Positions 1 to 12,944 of a DNA stretch of 64,000 bases are shown in pieces. This stretch comes from Piromyces finnis finn. Taxonomy: Eukaryota; Fungi; Neocallimastigomycota. Where the stretch lies: contig MCFH01000058.1 of assembly GCA_002104945.1 (NCBI GenBank), positions 186,001 to 250,000 on the forward strand, written 5' to 3'. The notes beneath the pieces are model-generated. The model saw only the letters and a list, made by a program, of their open reading frames with translations, searched no databases and was not told the origin of the DNA. Every line of letters begins with the position of its first letter. Within the stretch, counting starts at the first letter, position 1. Both the position numbers and the translations under genes were made by a program.

Positions 1-1310
1 ACATTCCTAAATTTAGAAAATACACGTAGTGCAAATCAAGTAGGACACTTGATAAAAAACTAAAGAAACATGGAGATGTTAAAGCAGTTAAAAACTTTTA
101 TTGGAAAGATCTCAAAAGGAATTCAATTAAAGCGCAATATTACGATGATAATAAATTTATTGAAACTAAAGATTTTATTAAGTTATGTTATGAGTACCCA
201 GAGTTTGCCTATGGCTTCTACTGGCTATTGAAAGCGAGAAGCGGATACAAGTTGGATGCTAGAGTTGCCAAAGCCGCTAAATTTGTTGATCCAGTTTGTC
301 CTAACTACTGTCCATGTTGCAAGTGTGGTTTTCAAAGTATTAAACATTGGTTATTAGATTGTCCAACATTTAGAGATATCCGTATTAAACATTATGATTC
401 CATAGTCCAGCTACTAAATTTTTTCAGTCAACGTAATTCCAATAGTCCTATCAATAATAATGAAAATGTTAATATCAGTAGAGATAGCAATAACATTAAT
501 AGTAATAGTAACAATAGTAGTAATAATAATTACAATAGTAATAGTAACAATAGTAATAGTAACAATAGTAATAGTAACAATAGTAATAATAGAAATAGTA
601 ATAATAACAATAGTAGTAATAGAAATAATAATATTAGTAATGATAGCAATAGTGAAGATAATAATTCTAATTTAGATAGTAATTTAGTTAATGATAGTAA
701 TAGTTCTAATAATCCGGTGAATATTAATGTGTATGATTATTCTAGTGTGTGCAGTAAAATATTTAAATTCCTTCTTGGGGGAAGAAGTTTTAACAATATT
801 AATTACAATTCAAGGGAATGGAAAGAACTTTGTAAGCGTCAGATTCAATCTGGTACTAACGAAGAAACACCATTCTTGACGGTAACCGCGGAACTTCTAA
901 CCAAAATCATGCCTTTTGCTATTGGCCAGCAATGGTCAATGTTCAAAAGGTTTGAAGCAACATCCAAGAGCATCAATGCTGAAGAAACAGTAAGACAGGC
1001 CAGGAGGGCCAGCGCAACCAATGGAGATCATAATTTTGTTCCATGACAAAATTTTGATCTTTGGCTCAGTGTCCCATTGGAAGTCAAATACAATTATTAT
1101 ATCTTAGTATAATAGTGGCTTTCTTACTTTAATTAAAATTACTAGAATACATTATACCCATTTTTTATTCATTTGTGTTTATTTAAACATGTTTTTTTTT
1201 TTATTTTATTTTAATTTTTAATTTTTTATATTACATGTATTATAATTTTAATTAAATTAATAATAAAGTTTAAAATATTTGATGCCGTTAAAAAAAAAAA
1301 AAAAAAAAAA
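1..1310 (+). mobile_element. Non-LTR retrotransposon (LINE, family 1), 3' part: ORF2 C-terminus, 3' UTR, poly(A)
   Basis: ORF with CCHC-type motif (CPCCKC...HWLLDC) homologous to the C-terminus of the downstream LINE; AATAAA at 1262 then poly(A) at 1290-1310; runs off the window start. Confidence 0.9.
228..1046 (+). CDS. LINE ORF2 C-terminal region (zinc-finger-like motif plus Asn/Ser low-complexity insert)
   Basis: ORF track; the frame continues upstream to position 3 with one in-frame TAG at 27-29 (T*CKSS aligns with SWAKES of family 2). Confidence 0.8.
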   Translation: MKARSGYKLDARVAKAAKFVDPVCPNYCPCCKCGFQSIKHWLLDCPTFRDIRIKHYDSIVQLLNFFSQRNSNSPINNNENVNISRDSNNINSNSNNSSNNNYNSNSNNSNSNNSNSNNSNNRNSNNNNSSNRNNNISNDSNSEDNNSNLDSNLVNDSNSSNNPVNINVYDYSSVCSKIFKFLLGGRSFNNINYNSREWKELCKRQIQSGTNEETPFLTVTAELLTKIMPFAIGQQWSMFKRFEATSKSINAEETVRQARRASATNGDHNFVP

Positions 1311-4300
1311 TCCTTGTAGGAGACTTTAATATGTCAGCTATTAAAATTAAATCTTATATATCACAACACTTCCCGGATTGGACTATGGCTGAGTTAACTG
1401 GTAATAATTTTACCTGGGAAAAAGGTTCTAAATCTTCATGCATTGATCATATTATATACAACAAAGCTATGACAAAACACATAAACAAATCTTCAGTTTG
1501 CGAAGTTTTTCACGATGTTTCTGATCACAAACCGATACTTGTGTCTTGTAAAAAAGACTCTTCTGATGGTTTCAAAAAGCCTAAGAAGACCTTTAAATGG
1601 TCAAGTCATATCAGTAACACAAAGTGTTCTGACATTCTTACTAGTAATCGCTTTGCTGTTCTAGCTTCCGAACTTGAAGCTAATTGCGATAGCCTTTCGG
1701 CTGACGATATGGTTTCAAAATTTTTAGATACCTCCAAAACTATAGGTAAAGAAATAAAAGCCATTGTGCCTGCAGATTTAAAAGGTCCAGCATTCCATTG
1801 CCCTCAATACATCAAAAACTTATCACATGAAAAACACCTGGCTTACAAAAATATTAAGCCCCTTTCAGATTGCGCTGACATGGAAAATTATCTTAACCAG
1901 TTCTCCATATACCAAAATCTATGTAATACCATCAAAAAGGTTAAGAGTAAATTCAGATCCAATCTCTATAAAGCTAATATTGTTTCTATCAATAAACATT
2001 TTATTGATAAAAGCTTTAGACAAGGTTGGAAAGGCCTTAAAAAACTTGCCAAACCAAGTTATTCGTCCTCCCATGTTTCAACTATTAAGGACAAGAATGG
2101 CAAGGATTTATTTACTCCTCAAGAACAATTAAAACGTTAGGCTGAACATTATGAAAATCTTGCATCTGATGTTACAAATCACAGCTTAAATCGTGGTTAC
2201 TGGGAAAGAGCCTTCCAATTCAATCATATCAATCAAATAGCATGGGATATAAATGGTCCCATTTCTATTGAGGAAATTAGGAATGTTGTTCTGTCAATGA
2301 AGAATAATAAGGCTCCAGGTCCCGATGGTATCCCAATTGAATTCTTCAAAGCTTTCTTTTGTAACGAAGAACTGGAAAAAGAACATAAGGCTGCTGGAAA
2401 TTGTCTTAAATTAATTTTTAATAAAATCTGGAATGGTTCCTTTCCTTTGAAATGGAATTCTGCTTCCATTGTTTCTATTCCAAAGAAAGGCGATCTTTCA
2501 GACTGTAATAATTATCGTGGTATTTCTCTCATCAATGTAGGTCTTAAAATCATTTCAAAAATTGTAACTGATAGAATTTCAAAGTATGCTCTTTCTCATA
2601 ATTTTATAAGACCTGAGCAATTTGGTTTTCGCAATAAAGAAGAATGTATTAGCTTATTTATTTCCATTAGAGAAATCTGTCAAAGAAGAAAATTTAAAGG
2701 AAAAGCCACTTATGTCGCCTTTCTAGACCTTAAAAAAGCATACGACTCAGTTCCTATTTTTAATATCCTTATAAAGTTATATAAATTAGGTATACGTGGT
2801 AAATGTTTTGATTTTCTCAATAATCTCTACTCTACCTCTAAAGCTCGTGCACGTTTTTTGGATATGCTTTCCAATGAATTCCTTATAAACCGTGGTGTAA
2901 GACAAGGATGTCCTCTTTCTCCTATACTTTTTAACCTCTTTATCAATGATATTTTAAATAAATGTGAAAGGCTTGGAGTTAGCTTAGGTAATAAACGTTG
3001 TTGTGGTGGCCTTTTCGCAGATGACATTGTTTTGATTGCTCCTAGTAAGAAGAACCTTCAAAAGATGCTCAATCTAGTCCTTGATTGGGCTAATTTAAAT
3101 GAAATGTCTTTTGGAATAAATAAATGTGCAACTATTGTTGTTAAACCTATCAACTTTAATAGATCCCCTAGTTATGTCGACCCAACATTTTGCATCAGTA
3201 TGTACTCGATTCCAAAGGTTTCTTGCTATACTTATTTTGGAATCTCATTCGACGAAGATCTTTCTCTGACTCCTATTCTGTCTAATATGTACAAAAAAGT
3301 TCAGAAATCTTTATTCTCTTTTAAGAACTTCCTCACCAATAATTGTGTTCCTATTGGCTTAAAAAATATAGTAATTCATTCTTATATTTTAAGCAAAGTC
3401 TCTTATTATGCTCCTTTGCTTGGTTCCAACAAAAATAGAACTAAAAGAGTCCAATCTCTTATCAATACTGCAGTTTTATGGAGTGTCAATAGCTTTCACA
3501 ATAAAAGTTTTAATAACAAAGATTTTGTTTTTGAACGAAATTCATTTATTAGTCTGTATGCTTTTACAAGAGATATGAAGTTTCCTACCCTTTCAGGTAT
3601 TTGTGCTGCGCAACAAGTGAAATGCTTTGTAAAATGGAGAAAATCAAATTGTATAATTAAAGATCTCGTCCGATCTATTCCTCCCATGTCTCATTACTCT
3701 TGGGCCAAAGAATCTTGTTCACTACATAAGAAGCTTATGAAAATAAATATTAAAAGTACTAAAGATATTAGAGAATATTATTGGAATAATAGTAGCCTAA
3801 ATAATGGAAGTAAAGCCCTCAGATATACTAACAACAAATTCCTTAATTCAAATCTCCTAATGCATATCGGTCTCAACAAACCTCACTTAAATTTAGGAAT
3901 TACCTGGATTATTCGTATTCGATGCGGTTATGAAAATACTACCCGAATTGCTATTGCCAGTAATAGAGTTACTCCTGACTGCCCTCGTGTCTGTCCATGT
4001 TGCGGATATGACGAACAATCTTTTTACCATTGGATATTAGAATGTTCTGCATTCTCTGAATACAGAGCTTCTTCACTTAGCTTTCTTGTCGATCTTTTTA
4101 CCCTTTTTTACAATAAATATAAGAATCAATTCATCACATACTTACTCCCCGAAACGGAAGTAAGAAAAACAATTTATAACTATATTTTTACGTTCCTTCT
4201 TGGTGGAACTTTAGCTTATGATGAGCTACAAATCGATAAGGCGGAACAAAGACATTTGAATGAACAGCTTTACAGTTCATCGGGGTCTCATGTTCCATAT

Positions 4301-4844
4301 GTAGAGGATCTCGCGGCTTTTCTTACTAAAACAATCCCTATCATTAGTAGCTCTATGAAGCTACTTTTTGATAGGTTTAGTAAGCCACCTAACGTAATCA
4401 AGAGCGCCGACGTCGTACCAATATGGCAAAGGAACATTCTCAATGTTCCGTACACATGGTTCAATGTTAGTATTTCCTCAAATTCGAATGAAAACATTAT
4501 GAACTCATGGGAGAGTTTAGTGGACACCACACTATCATACCTGATGTTACTTTACTTTTTTATTTAATTTAGTTTATTAGGTAGGGACCATTCCACACAG
4601 TACGAATTGCAGAGTTCATTGAACTTATGTAACTTAAATAATTATTTTATTTTATATTTATATTTATATTTTTATATATTTTTTATTATTTTTATTTATT
4701 ATTTATTATATCAATATGTATTATCACCAATATTATGTAATATCACGAATTAAATAAAAGATGTGTATTCTCTTCCTAGTCTAAAAAAAATAAAGTTTAA
4801 AAATATTTGATGCCATTAAAAAAAAAAAAAAAAAAAAAAAAAAA
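1311..4844 (+). mobile_element. 5'-truncated LINE (family 2), APE endonuclease + RT + CCHC, poly(A) tail
   Basis: Begins right after the family-1 poly(A) at the endonuclease LVGDFN motif; AATAAA at 4789; poly(A) 4818-4844. Confidence 0.93.
1313..4567 (+). pseudogene. LINE ORF2 (APE endonuclease-reverse transcriptase-zinc finger) with one premature stop
   Basis: GDFN, IDHI and SDH endonuclease motifs; KAPGPDG, YRGISL, DLKKAYDSV, GVRQGCPLSP and LFADD RT motifs; ORFs 1331-2140 and 2297-4567 share a frame, separated by TAG at 2138-2140 (KR*AEHY). Confidence 0.92.
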
Positions 4845-4886
4845 CTTTTGGGCCAAAGAAGTTTATGAAAATAAATATTAAAGATT
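4845..4886 (+). mobile_element. Short rearranged fragment of family-2 LINE ORF2
   Basis: cttttgggccaaagaa-gtttatgaaaataaatatt-aaagatttaga matches about 3709-3770 with two internal deletions. Confidence 0.6.
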
Positions 4887-5400
4887 TAGACGAAACAATA
4901 AATTTAAAATAATACATGTTTTATAAATAAACTCTTTAATTATTTTTAAATTATCTCTTTATTATATTTTTTTATTGTCAATTTATTGTCTGGTTTTTAT
5001 AAATAAGAAATTTATCTTCTTTTTATACATTTCTTATTTATTATATGTATTATTATTTTTAACTATTAAATATTACTATTGATTTAAATTAAAAGAATAA
5101 ATTAAATAATTATATTTTAGTATTACTTTAAAATGTTTAAATTTAGACAAATTATTATAAATTATTATAAACTATCATTAACTATCATTATATGCATAAT
5201 ACCTTAAAAAATTAAAATTTAAGTAATATTAAAATTATTAATTATCCTAAACATTCATTTTATACAGAAACATAAAAAATTTCTATATTTTATCTTTAAA
5301 AATTTCATTATTGTTCTATTTCCAAATTTAAGTTTGTCACTTGTTAGTAATAATTACTCAATTATTTATTATAATTTATAAATATTATGTTATTTCAAAA
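4887..5400. repeat. Partial copy of LTR family C
   Basis: Colinear similarity to 18386-19010 and 42110-42710 (gaaacaataaatttaaaata..., tacagaaacataaaa..., ttgttctatttcc). Confidence 0.65.
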
Positions 5401-5559
5401 AAATAATTTGCAAATGGACGAGAATTGCTTTAATATAATTTTTATGTTAAAGCAATTATCGATTTGTTAGTTCCTAAGAATGTTAAAGAAATTCAGTTTT
5501 TATCAAAAACTCCACTAAAATTCTTTAATAAGAAATAATATTTTAGAGAATAAATCTCG

Positions 5560-6323
5560 TGTTATATAAATTTATTAAATAATAAATTAATATTTAAAGA
5601 TTTAATAAGATTAATTACATAAATTTTATGGAATAATAAAATAATAAATTATTTTATAATAATTCCGTTAAAATTAAATTATGATAAATATTTAAATTTA
5701 AGGAATAAAAGAATTTTAATTAAATTTAAATATTTCAAATATTTTAAATATTTTAAATAATAAATATAATTTTTTAAATACTTTTTATTTAATTTTAGAA
5801 TAGATTATACTTTTTTATTTAAATTTAGAATAGTTTAATAATTTTAACTTAGTTTTAAAAATAGATTTGTTTATATTTCAATAGGAAATATTAAGAATAG
5901 TATTGATAATATTAATTTAATTTATAGAAAATATATTGACTTTATTCAATTTTGAGTTTACTCAAATTAATTAAAAGTATAATGAATTAGTTTTAGTTTA
6001 GTTCTGTTATTTTATTATTTAATTAGATTAGTGTTGTTTATTTTATATTAAATTTATGTTTATTTAAATAGAATAATATATTAGAATATAATTATGAAAA
6101 AATATAAATACATGTAATTTTTGTTTATTAAATCGATGTAATTGTTATTTTCAATTTTTTAATTATTAGCTATTATATAGTTAATAATCTTTTTAAGAGT
6201 TTTAAGTAAAATGCTTTGTAAAAATAAAAAATTTAATGTTTAATTTTTTATTTTTTATTTTTATGTTAATAAAAATTGTTTTGTTTTAAGTATAAAATCT
6301 GTTTTAGACTTTATACTTTTACA
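5560..6323. repeat. LTR family J copy (5' boundary approximate)
   Basis: Colinear with 22169-22956, same ...tatacttttaca end. Confidence 0.7.
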
Positions 6324-6419
6324 GTAAATAATATAAATAATATTAAATATATATATTTAATTAAATTTAAAATATAAACAATTTTTGTTTATAAACAAAC
6401 TTTAATGTAATCATTTTGT

Positions 6420-6725
6420 ATAAATAGAAATAGAAAATATTATTTTAAAACTTGTTACTAATTAGCCAGGAAAATTAGAATATTTTAATAATAAAATAAT
6501 AAATTAATATATATTTTTTTATAATACATAGCGAGATGTATTATACATTTATTTTAAATAAATAAATTAATATTATAAAACAAAATGTTATTTTAAATTT
6601 TAAATCATACTTTTTAATTATACAAAACTTGTAGAATGAGCAAGTAAAAATAAATCATTCAATTACACACAAATATACCACTTTCTAATTCTATTTAGAA
6701 TTAAGGTATATTTGAACTCGTGTAA
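6420..6725. repeat. Repeat family L, inverted copy
   Basis: Reverse complement of 12110-12445 plus 12800-12843. Confidence 0.65.
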
Positions 6726-7024
6726 TTTTGTAAGAAATATTTGTAGCCATAGAATTGTACATAATTATTTCAATTGAAACCATATATTCTAGTTAACATT
6801 TATTGGTTAGTTAATCTACATAACTATATGTTAATGGTTACTATATTAATTGAAATTATATTTCATTTGCCCAATCAAGTGGTAAATAAAATAAGCTATT
6901 ATAGTTAAATGGTATATTTTTAAACAAATGCTAAAGACTTTTGTGTTAGTGTTAAAGCGTATTAACAACTATAATAAAAATCAATGTATATAATTAAAAT
7001 TAAGAAAACACAAAATACTAAATA

Positions 7025-7096
7025 AGGGGCGTTCCGGATTTGAACCGAAGACCTATTGATCTGCAGTCAATTGCTCTACCGCTGAGCTAACACCCC
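7025..7096 (-). tRNA. tRNA-Cys-GCA: tRNA-Cys (GCA)
   Basis: 72-nt cloverleaf GGGGTGTTAGCTCAGCGGTAGAGCAATTGACTGCAGATCAATAGGTCTTCGGTTCAAATCCGGAACGCCCCT; anticodon loop CTGCAGA. Confidence 0.96.
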
Positions 7097-7111
7097 TTTC
7101 ACTTTACTTTT

Positions 7112-7922
7112 TGGTAAATAATGAAATTAATAAATATAAAATTATTATTAAACCTGATTTTTAAGTTAACCCTAAAAGTAACTTAAAACAAGTTATAGTT
7201 TAATTAAGTACTTTACCAAAATTCTTAAATAAAATTAATCCTAAACACTGCATATATTTTGATTATTGAAAGAAAATAATAAACTTTAATTAATCGAGAT
7301 CAAAATATATAACTCTTGTTAAATTAATTGTTAAATTAAATATTTAATAACTTCGTTAGTAAATTACACTTTAAAAGTAAACAAATATAATAATTCATGT
7401 AATAAAATAATATAATTAAACACCTTTATTAAAACATTAAAAATAATTATTACTTTAATTAATTGTAAAATAAACAACTTTTTATATTCTTTAACTTTTA
7501 ATTATTTCTTTTATTGTTATTTCTAATTACTTTTATTGCTTTTATTATAAATAGTTATTAATTTTATTGTTTTAATGTAAATAGTTTAAATTCAAAAGAA
7601 AATATAAATACATGTAAATATTCTTATTTTAATCATTATTATTATTATTAATAAAGAAATATTATATAGTTAGATTAATATTTTATAATTTTAATAATCA
7701 CTTTTATACTTAAATAAATAAAATTTTAAATATTTAAATATTAGAAAAACAAGTGTTACTAATAAAACAATTTAGTGTTTTAACAAAACAATTTTATTAA
7801 TTTTTATAAAAACGATTTTAAATCTTAATCAATATAACTTATATAGTTATAACAAAAGATATAATATAATAATCACTTTTTGAAGTAAAATTCAAAATTA
7901 AGATTATTATCAAATTATATCA
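7112..7922. repeat. Solo LTR family A (811 bp), inverted, ending 15 nt upstream of tRNA-Cys
   Basis: Reverse complement of 8358-9168; TGATAT...ATTTACCA termini on the minus strand; no matching TSD. Confidence 0.8.
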
Positions 7923-8357
7923 GTTATGTTTTAAAACACAATTTTAAAATATATTTTTGAATCAACTCTTTATTTAATACATTTATTAAAAGTATTGATT
8001 GATTTTTAAATTAGGAAATAATTACATGTATTTATAATTTTCTTTCTGTTTTAACTTTTTAAAATAAAATATTAATATGTTTTAAAATATTAATGAATAA
8101 TAAATAAAAGAAACAATTTATTTTAAAGTAATTAATTTAATTAATATAACACTATTTTACTATTTAAAATGTTATTTATACTATGTTTATTTTATAACAA
8201 AAATATAATTTAAACTGAGTTTTAATATATAATTTTTTTACTTTTAATTAAACATTTAATATTATTATTATTTATTATTTATTTTTAAGTTGTTTTGAGG
8301 GTTAGTTTATATCAAGATTATAATTTCATATTTATTAATTCCAATTTATATCACAGA

Positions 8358-9168
8358 TGATATAATTTGATAATAATCTTAATTTTGAATTTTACTTCAA
8401 AAAGTGATTATTATATTATATCTTTTGTTATAACTATATAAGTTATATTGATTAAGATTTAAAATCGTTTTTATAAAAATTAATAAAATTGTTTTGTTAA
8501 AACACTAAATTGTTTTATTAGTAACACTTGTTTTTCTAATATTTAAATATTTAAAATTTTATTTATTTAAGTATAAAAGTGATTATTAAAATTATAAAAT
8601 ATTAATCTAACTATATAATATTTCTTTATTAATAATAATAATAATGATTAAAATAAGAATATTTACATGTATTTATATTTTCTTTTAAATTTAAACTATT
8701 TACATTAAAACAATAAAATTAATAACTATTTACAATAAAAATAATAAAAGTAATTAGAAATGACAATAAAAGAAATAATTAAAAGTTAAAGAATATAAAA
8801 AGTTGTTTATTTTACAATTAATTAAAGTAATAATTATTTTTAATGTTTTAATAAAGGTGTTTAATTATATTATTTTATAACATGAATTATTATATTTGTT
8901 TACTTTTATTAAAGTGTAATTTACTAACGAAGTTATTAAATATTTAATTTAACAATTAATTTAACAAGAGTTATATATTTTGATCTCGATTAATTAAAGT
9001 TTATTATTTTCTTTCAATAATCAAAACATATGCAGTGTTTAGGATTAATTTTATTTAAGAATTTTGGTAAAGTACTTAATTAAACTATAACTTGTTTTAA
9101 GTTACTTTTAGGGTTAACTTAAAAATCAGGTATAATAATTTTATATTTATTAATTTCATTATTTATCA
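8358..9168. repeat. Solo LTR family A (811 bp)
   Basis: TGATATAATTTG...ATTTATCA termini; further copies at 7112, 14448, 41299 and 63908. Confidence 0.8.
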
Positions 9169-9171
9169 AAA

Positions 9172-10662
9172 TGTTATGGTTCGAGGAATTTAATTTTATT
9201 TATAAAATATTAATAAATTTATTAATACTCAAAAATAATATTAAAATGAAATAAGAAAATTTGTTTTATTAATAAAATTGTTTTATTAAGATATTAATAT
9301 AAAATTATAAAAATAAAATAAAAATATAAATAAAAATATCTCTCCTCTCTAATTCTTATAATATACACCTTTTTATACTTTTTGTAAAAAATTAAGTAGT
9401 GTTAATTAAAAGAATTAGTCTTTAATTATTTACATTAATTTTAGTATTTAAATTACTTTTAAATGAATAATAAAATTACATTACTATTATAATAAATATT
9501 TATACATATTATTAAATTGATTAACATACATTAAAAGTTTACTTTAAATATATTTAACTAAAGAATTTTACTATTTTACAGAAATATTATTCATAATTTT
9601 AATTAATAAAAATTCATTAACTTGATAAATTAAACTAAAAGTTCAATAAACTATAATTTCCAATATATTATTATTACTAAATTAATTTTTAAGTTTAATA
9701 AAATAAAATTTAAGTTCAATAAAAATAATTATTAATAATTTTAAATATAATTTAAGTGTATACATTAATTTACAAATAAGAATATTGTAAAGTTTTCATA
9801 CATTTAGGAACAATAATGGATTAGGTCATAATCATTAATTATGACAAGAATAACATTATTTGTTGGTTCCTTAACAAAAATGATGCAATATATTTCAAAA
9901 ACACCATAAATAAAATATAATTGTGAACGTTAGCAATAGGGAATGAGAGTTGAATAATATATTAGATAATATTGTATTTATTTCTATTTTATAATAATAA
10001 AAATAAATAATAAAAACAAATAATAAAAATAATAAATTTTATAATAATATAATTAAATAGATTTTGGTTTAAAGTTTCTTTATTTAATTATTATTATTAT
10101 TATGATTATAATTATAACATTAATAACATTCAATACTAGTAGAATCGAAAGTTATTGTTTAATGAATATAAATACTTAAATATAAAATGTAAATATAAAA
10201 ATATGTTGATAAAATTCTTATTAATAATAAAATATAACTTTTTGAAATAATAAAAATAAACAATAATTATTCTTTTCTTTTATAATTAATATTTTAAACT
10301 GAATTAAATATAATAAATAAATACTAAATACGTAATTAGTGACCTAAAACTAAACTAAAATAAACTGTAACTAAAATAAAATAAAATAGAACTTATACTT
10401 AAAACTAAAATATCAAATATTATTTATATATGAAAAGTTTTTTCTCTTCTTTTATATATTGTTCTTTATCACTATTTTTATATCTTTTCGTTTCTTGTGT
10501 AATTAATTATTCTAATATATGTGTAACATTTGCGTCATAATAATTTATACTAATATAGTTTAATTATTATTAACACTAGTAATTGATATACAATTTATAA
10601 AAGGATTAGATATTATTCATGAAATACTTAAAATATTATATTTTTCTATGCATCTTGTATCA
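9172..10662. repeat. Putative LTR-like block (H) ending 16 nt upstream of tRNA-Cys
   Basis: Starts TGTTA, ends TATCA, flanked by AAAA/AAAA; single copy in the window and could be two stacked pieces. Confidence 0.4.
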
Positions 10663-10678
10663 AAAAAGTTAGATGAAA

Positions 10679-10750
10679 GGGGTGTTAGCTCAGCGGTAGA
10701 GCAATTGACTGCAGATCAATAGGTCTTCGGTTCAAATCCGGAACGCCCCT
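10679..10750 (+). tRNA. tRNA-Cys-GCA: tRNA-Cys (GCA)
   Basis: Identical to the 7025-7096 copy, opposite orientation. Confidence 0.96.
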
Positions 10751-10949
10751 ATATTTCTTATTTTAAATATCTAAAATGTTATATAATATAAATGAAAAAA
10801 AAATTGCTTATAATTGTATAGAGCGAAAAATTGGATATATTTTTAAATTCAAATATAATTTTATATTATAATAAAACTTATTATTAAAAAAGTTATTAAT
10901 AATCCCTGAAATAAGATTATAAATAATATATTTTAATTAATTAGTAATA

Positions 10950-11360
10950 CTAGAGTTATTAAATAATATTATAATTTTATAATTAAATAAAGTAAATTTT
11001 ATATTATAAAACTAACAAAGTCTTGCAAATGAACAAGTATAAAAATCAGTTATTATATTTTCTTTATTTTTATTTATTAAATTTTAGATACGAATATTAT
11101 CATGCCACGGATACTAGTGGAATCTACAATTTCAAGATCACTTGGAATTGTGAAATTACTTTTAAAATATCAAAAAATTAATTATTTCCAAATTTTGAAA
11201 AATATAAAACAATATTGAAGAATATTAAAAATTCAAGTAACAAGACCTTAACCTTTCTATAAATTATTATAAGCACCTTTAACCTTTAAGTTCATAACTT
11301 TATAACGAAAAACAATCTAACTCAACAAAACTATGTTCGTTAGAAATCCACGCTCGAACT
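10950..11360 (+). repeat. Inverted fragments of LTR B and LTR G
   Basis: About 11015-11050 and 11085-11102 are reverse complements of B-LTR segments; 11102 onward is the reverse complement of the G-LTR end (...ctagtatccgtggca). Confidence 0.6.
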
Positions 11361-12107
11361 ACAATATATGTTAATATAAAATAAATATTATTTTATATTT
11401 AAATTATATTTAAATAATATTTATTTTATATTTAAACTAACCAATAATAGTTAATATAGATTAATAATATTATAAAAGGAAACATGTAAACAAATACTAA
11501 TACTTTAGTGTTAGTATTAAAGATTAAAGTAAAATAATATAATAAATAATTAATAATAAAGAATACTTATATTTAAAATAGTTAAAGATACTTTATATTA
11601 ATAAGAGAAATAAGGCGAATAAACCTTTATTATTATATATAACTAAATTGTTTTATTCATTATTTAATTACTAATTTCTTTATAAAATTTAATATAAAAA
11701 CATTATTTATAATATTAGCTAGTATGATAGGTTGTTATTTATTTATTATTGTAATATCTTTTATATAAAATAATATATAAATCTATCCCTCTTATAGAAA
11801 ATATAATAAACCTCTTACAATGATATGTTATTATATAATATATCATAATATTATTATTTATTTTAATATTGTGATAATAAGGAATTATGCTGAAATAATA
11901 TATTCCAGTTATTAATAATTATGTGATTTATTTATATATTTATTTATTTAATTATTATTATTATTATTATTATTATTACATAGTTTATATTAATTAAATT
12001 TGACATTAGTTAAAATTATTATTGATCAATCATAATCTTAACCCTTATGTAAATTGACCTGGAGTTTATGCTAAAGGTAGTATTTTCTGTTTATTACGTA
12101 TTAATAT

Positions 12108-12845
12108 TGACACAAGTTCAAATATACCTTAATTCTAAATAGGCTTAGAAAGTGGTATATTTGTGTGTAATTGAATGATTTATTTTTACTTGCTCATTCT
12201 ACAAGTTTGATATAATTAACATTTTTAAAATTTAATTAAATATTTATATTTTACATTATTTTAATTATTTACTATTATTTATATAATTAATGAATATAAT
12301 TTAAAAATTTTAAAAAAACACCTTGTTTTATAATATTAGTTTATTTATTTAAAATAAATGTATAATACATCTCGCTATGTATTATAAAAAAATATATATT
12401 AATTTATTATTTTATTATTAAAATATTCTAATTTTCTTAGCTAATTGTAACGCGATTCTATATAAAGAATTTATTAATGTAGGAATTAATAATATTTATA
12501 TAGAAAAATAAATTTTGTATTCCCTATAAGTCAATAAATCTATTTATTTAAAATAATTTTTTATTATTATTAAATTTATTTTTAAACAAAGTAAAGATTA
12601 AATTTAAAGTTAATAAAAGCACAACTATTTAATTTTTGATCCACACCACTTCTATTTATACTTTTTCTAAATCTGATGTGGTTAAATAAAAAATTAAATT
12701 TTCTTTCTAAATTATTCTTTAAATTAATTAAAAATTACATAAAATGAATCCCGTGATAAAAATGCATAAAATATTTAATTTTCTAATAGAGTCATTACAC
12801 TAATTAGTAACAAGTTTTAAAATAATATTTTCTATTTCTATTTTG
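12108..12845. repeat. Repeat family L interrupted by solo LTR M
   Basis: Matches 6420-6725 in reverse once 12446-12799 is removed. Confidence 0.6.
12446..12799. repeat. Solo LTR family M (354 bp)
   Basis: TGTAA...TTACA termini; 5-bp TSD CTAAT/CTAAT. Confidence 0.75.
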
Positions 12846-12944
12846 TTAAGGATCTAAGATGAATTTAGGTAAGTTAGGTCAGAATGCTCTAACCCTATTT
12901 ATTAATTTAATATAAATTATGTTTTATTATAATACTTTTATTTA

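Noticed and set aside
460-675. Ile/Val-rich ORF overlapping LINE ORF2
   Set aside because: Alternate-frame reading of the Asn/Ser low-complexity repeat.
1827-4530. Small overlapping or antisense ORFs within the family-2 LINE
   Set aside because: Shadow ORFs of a long coding region, with no motifs.
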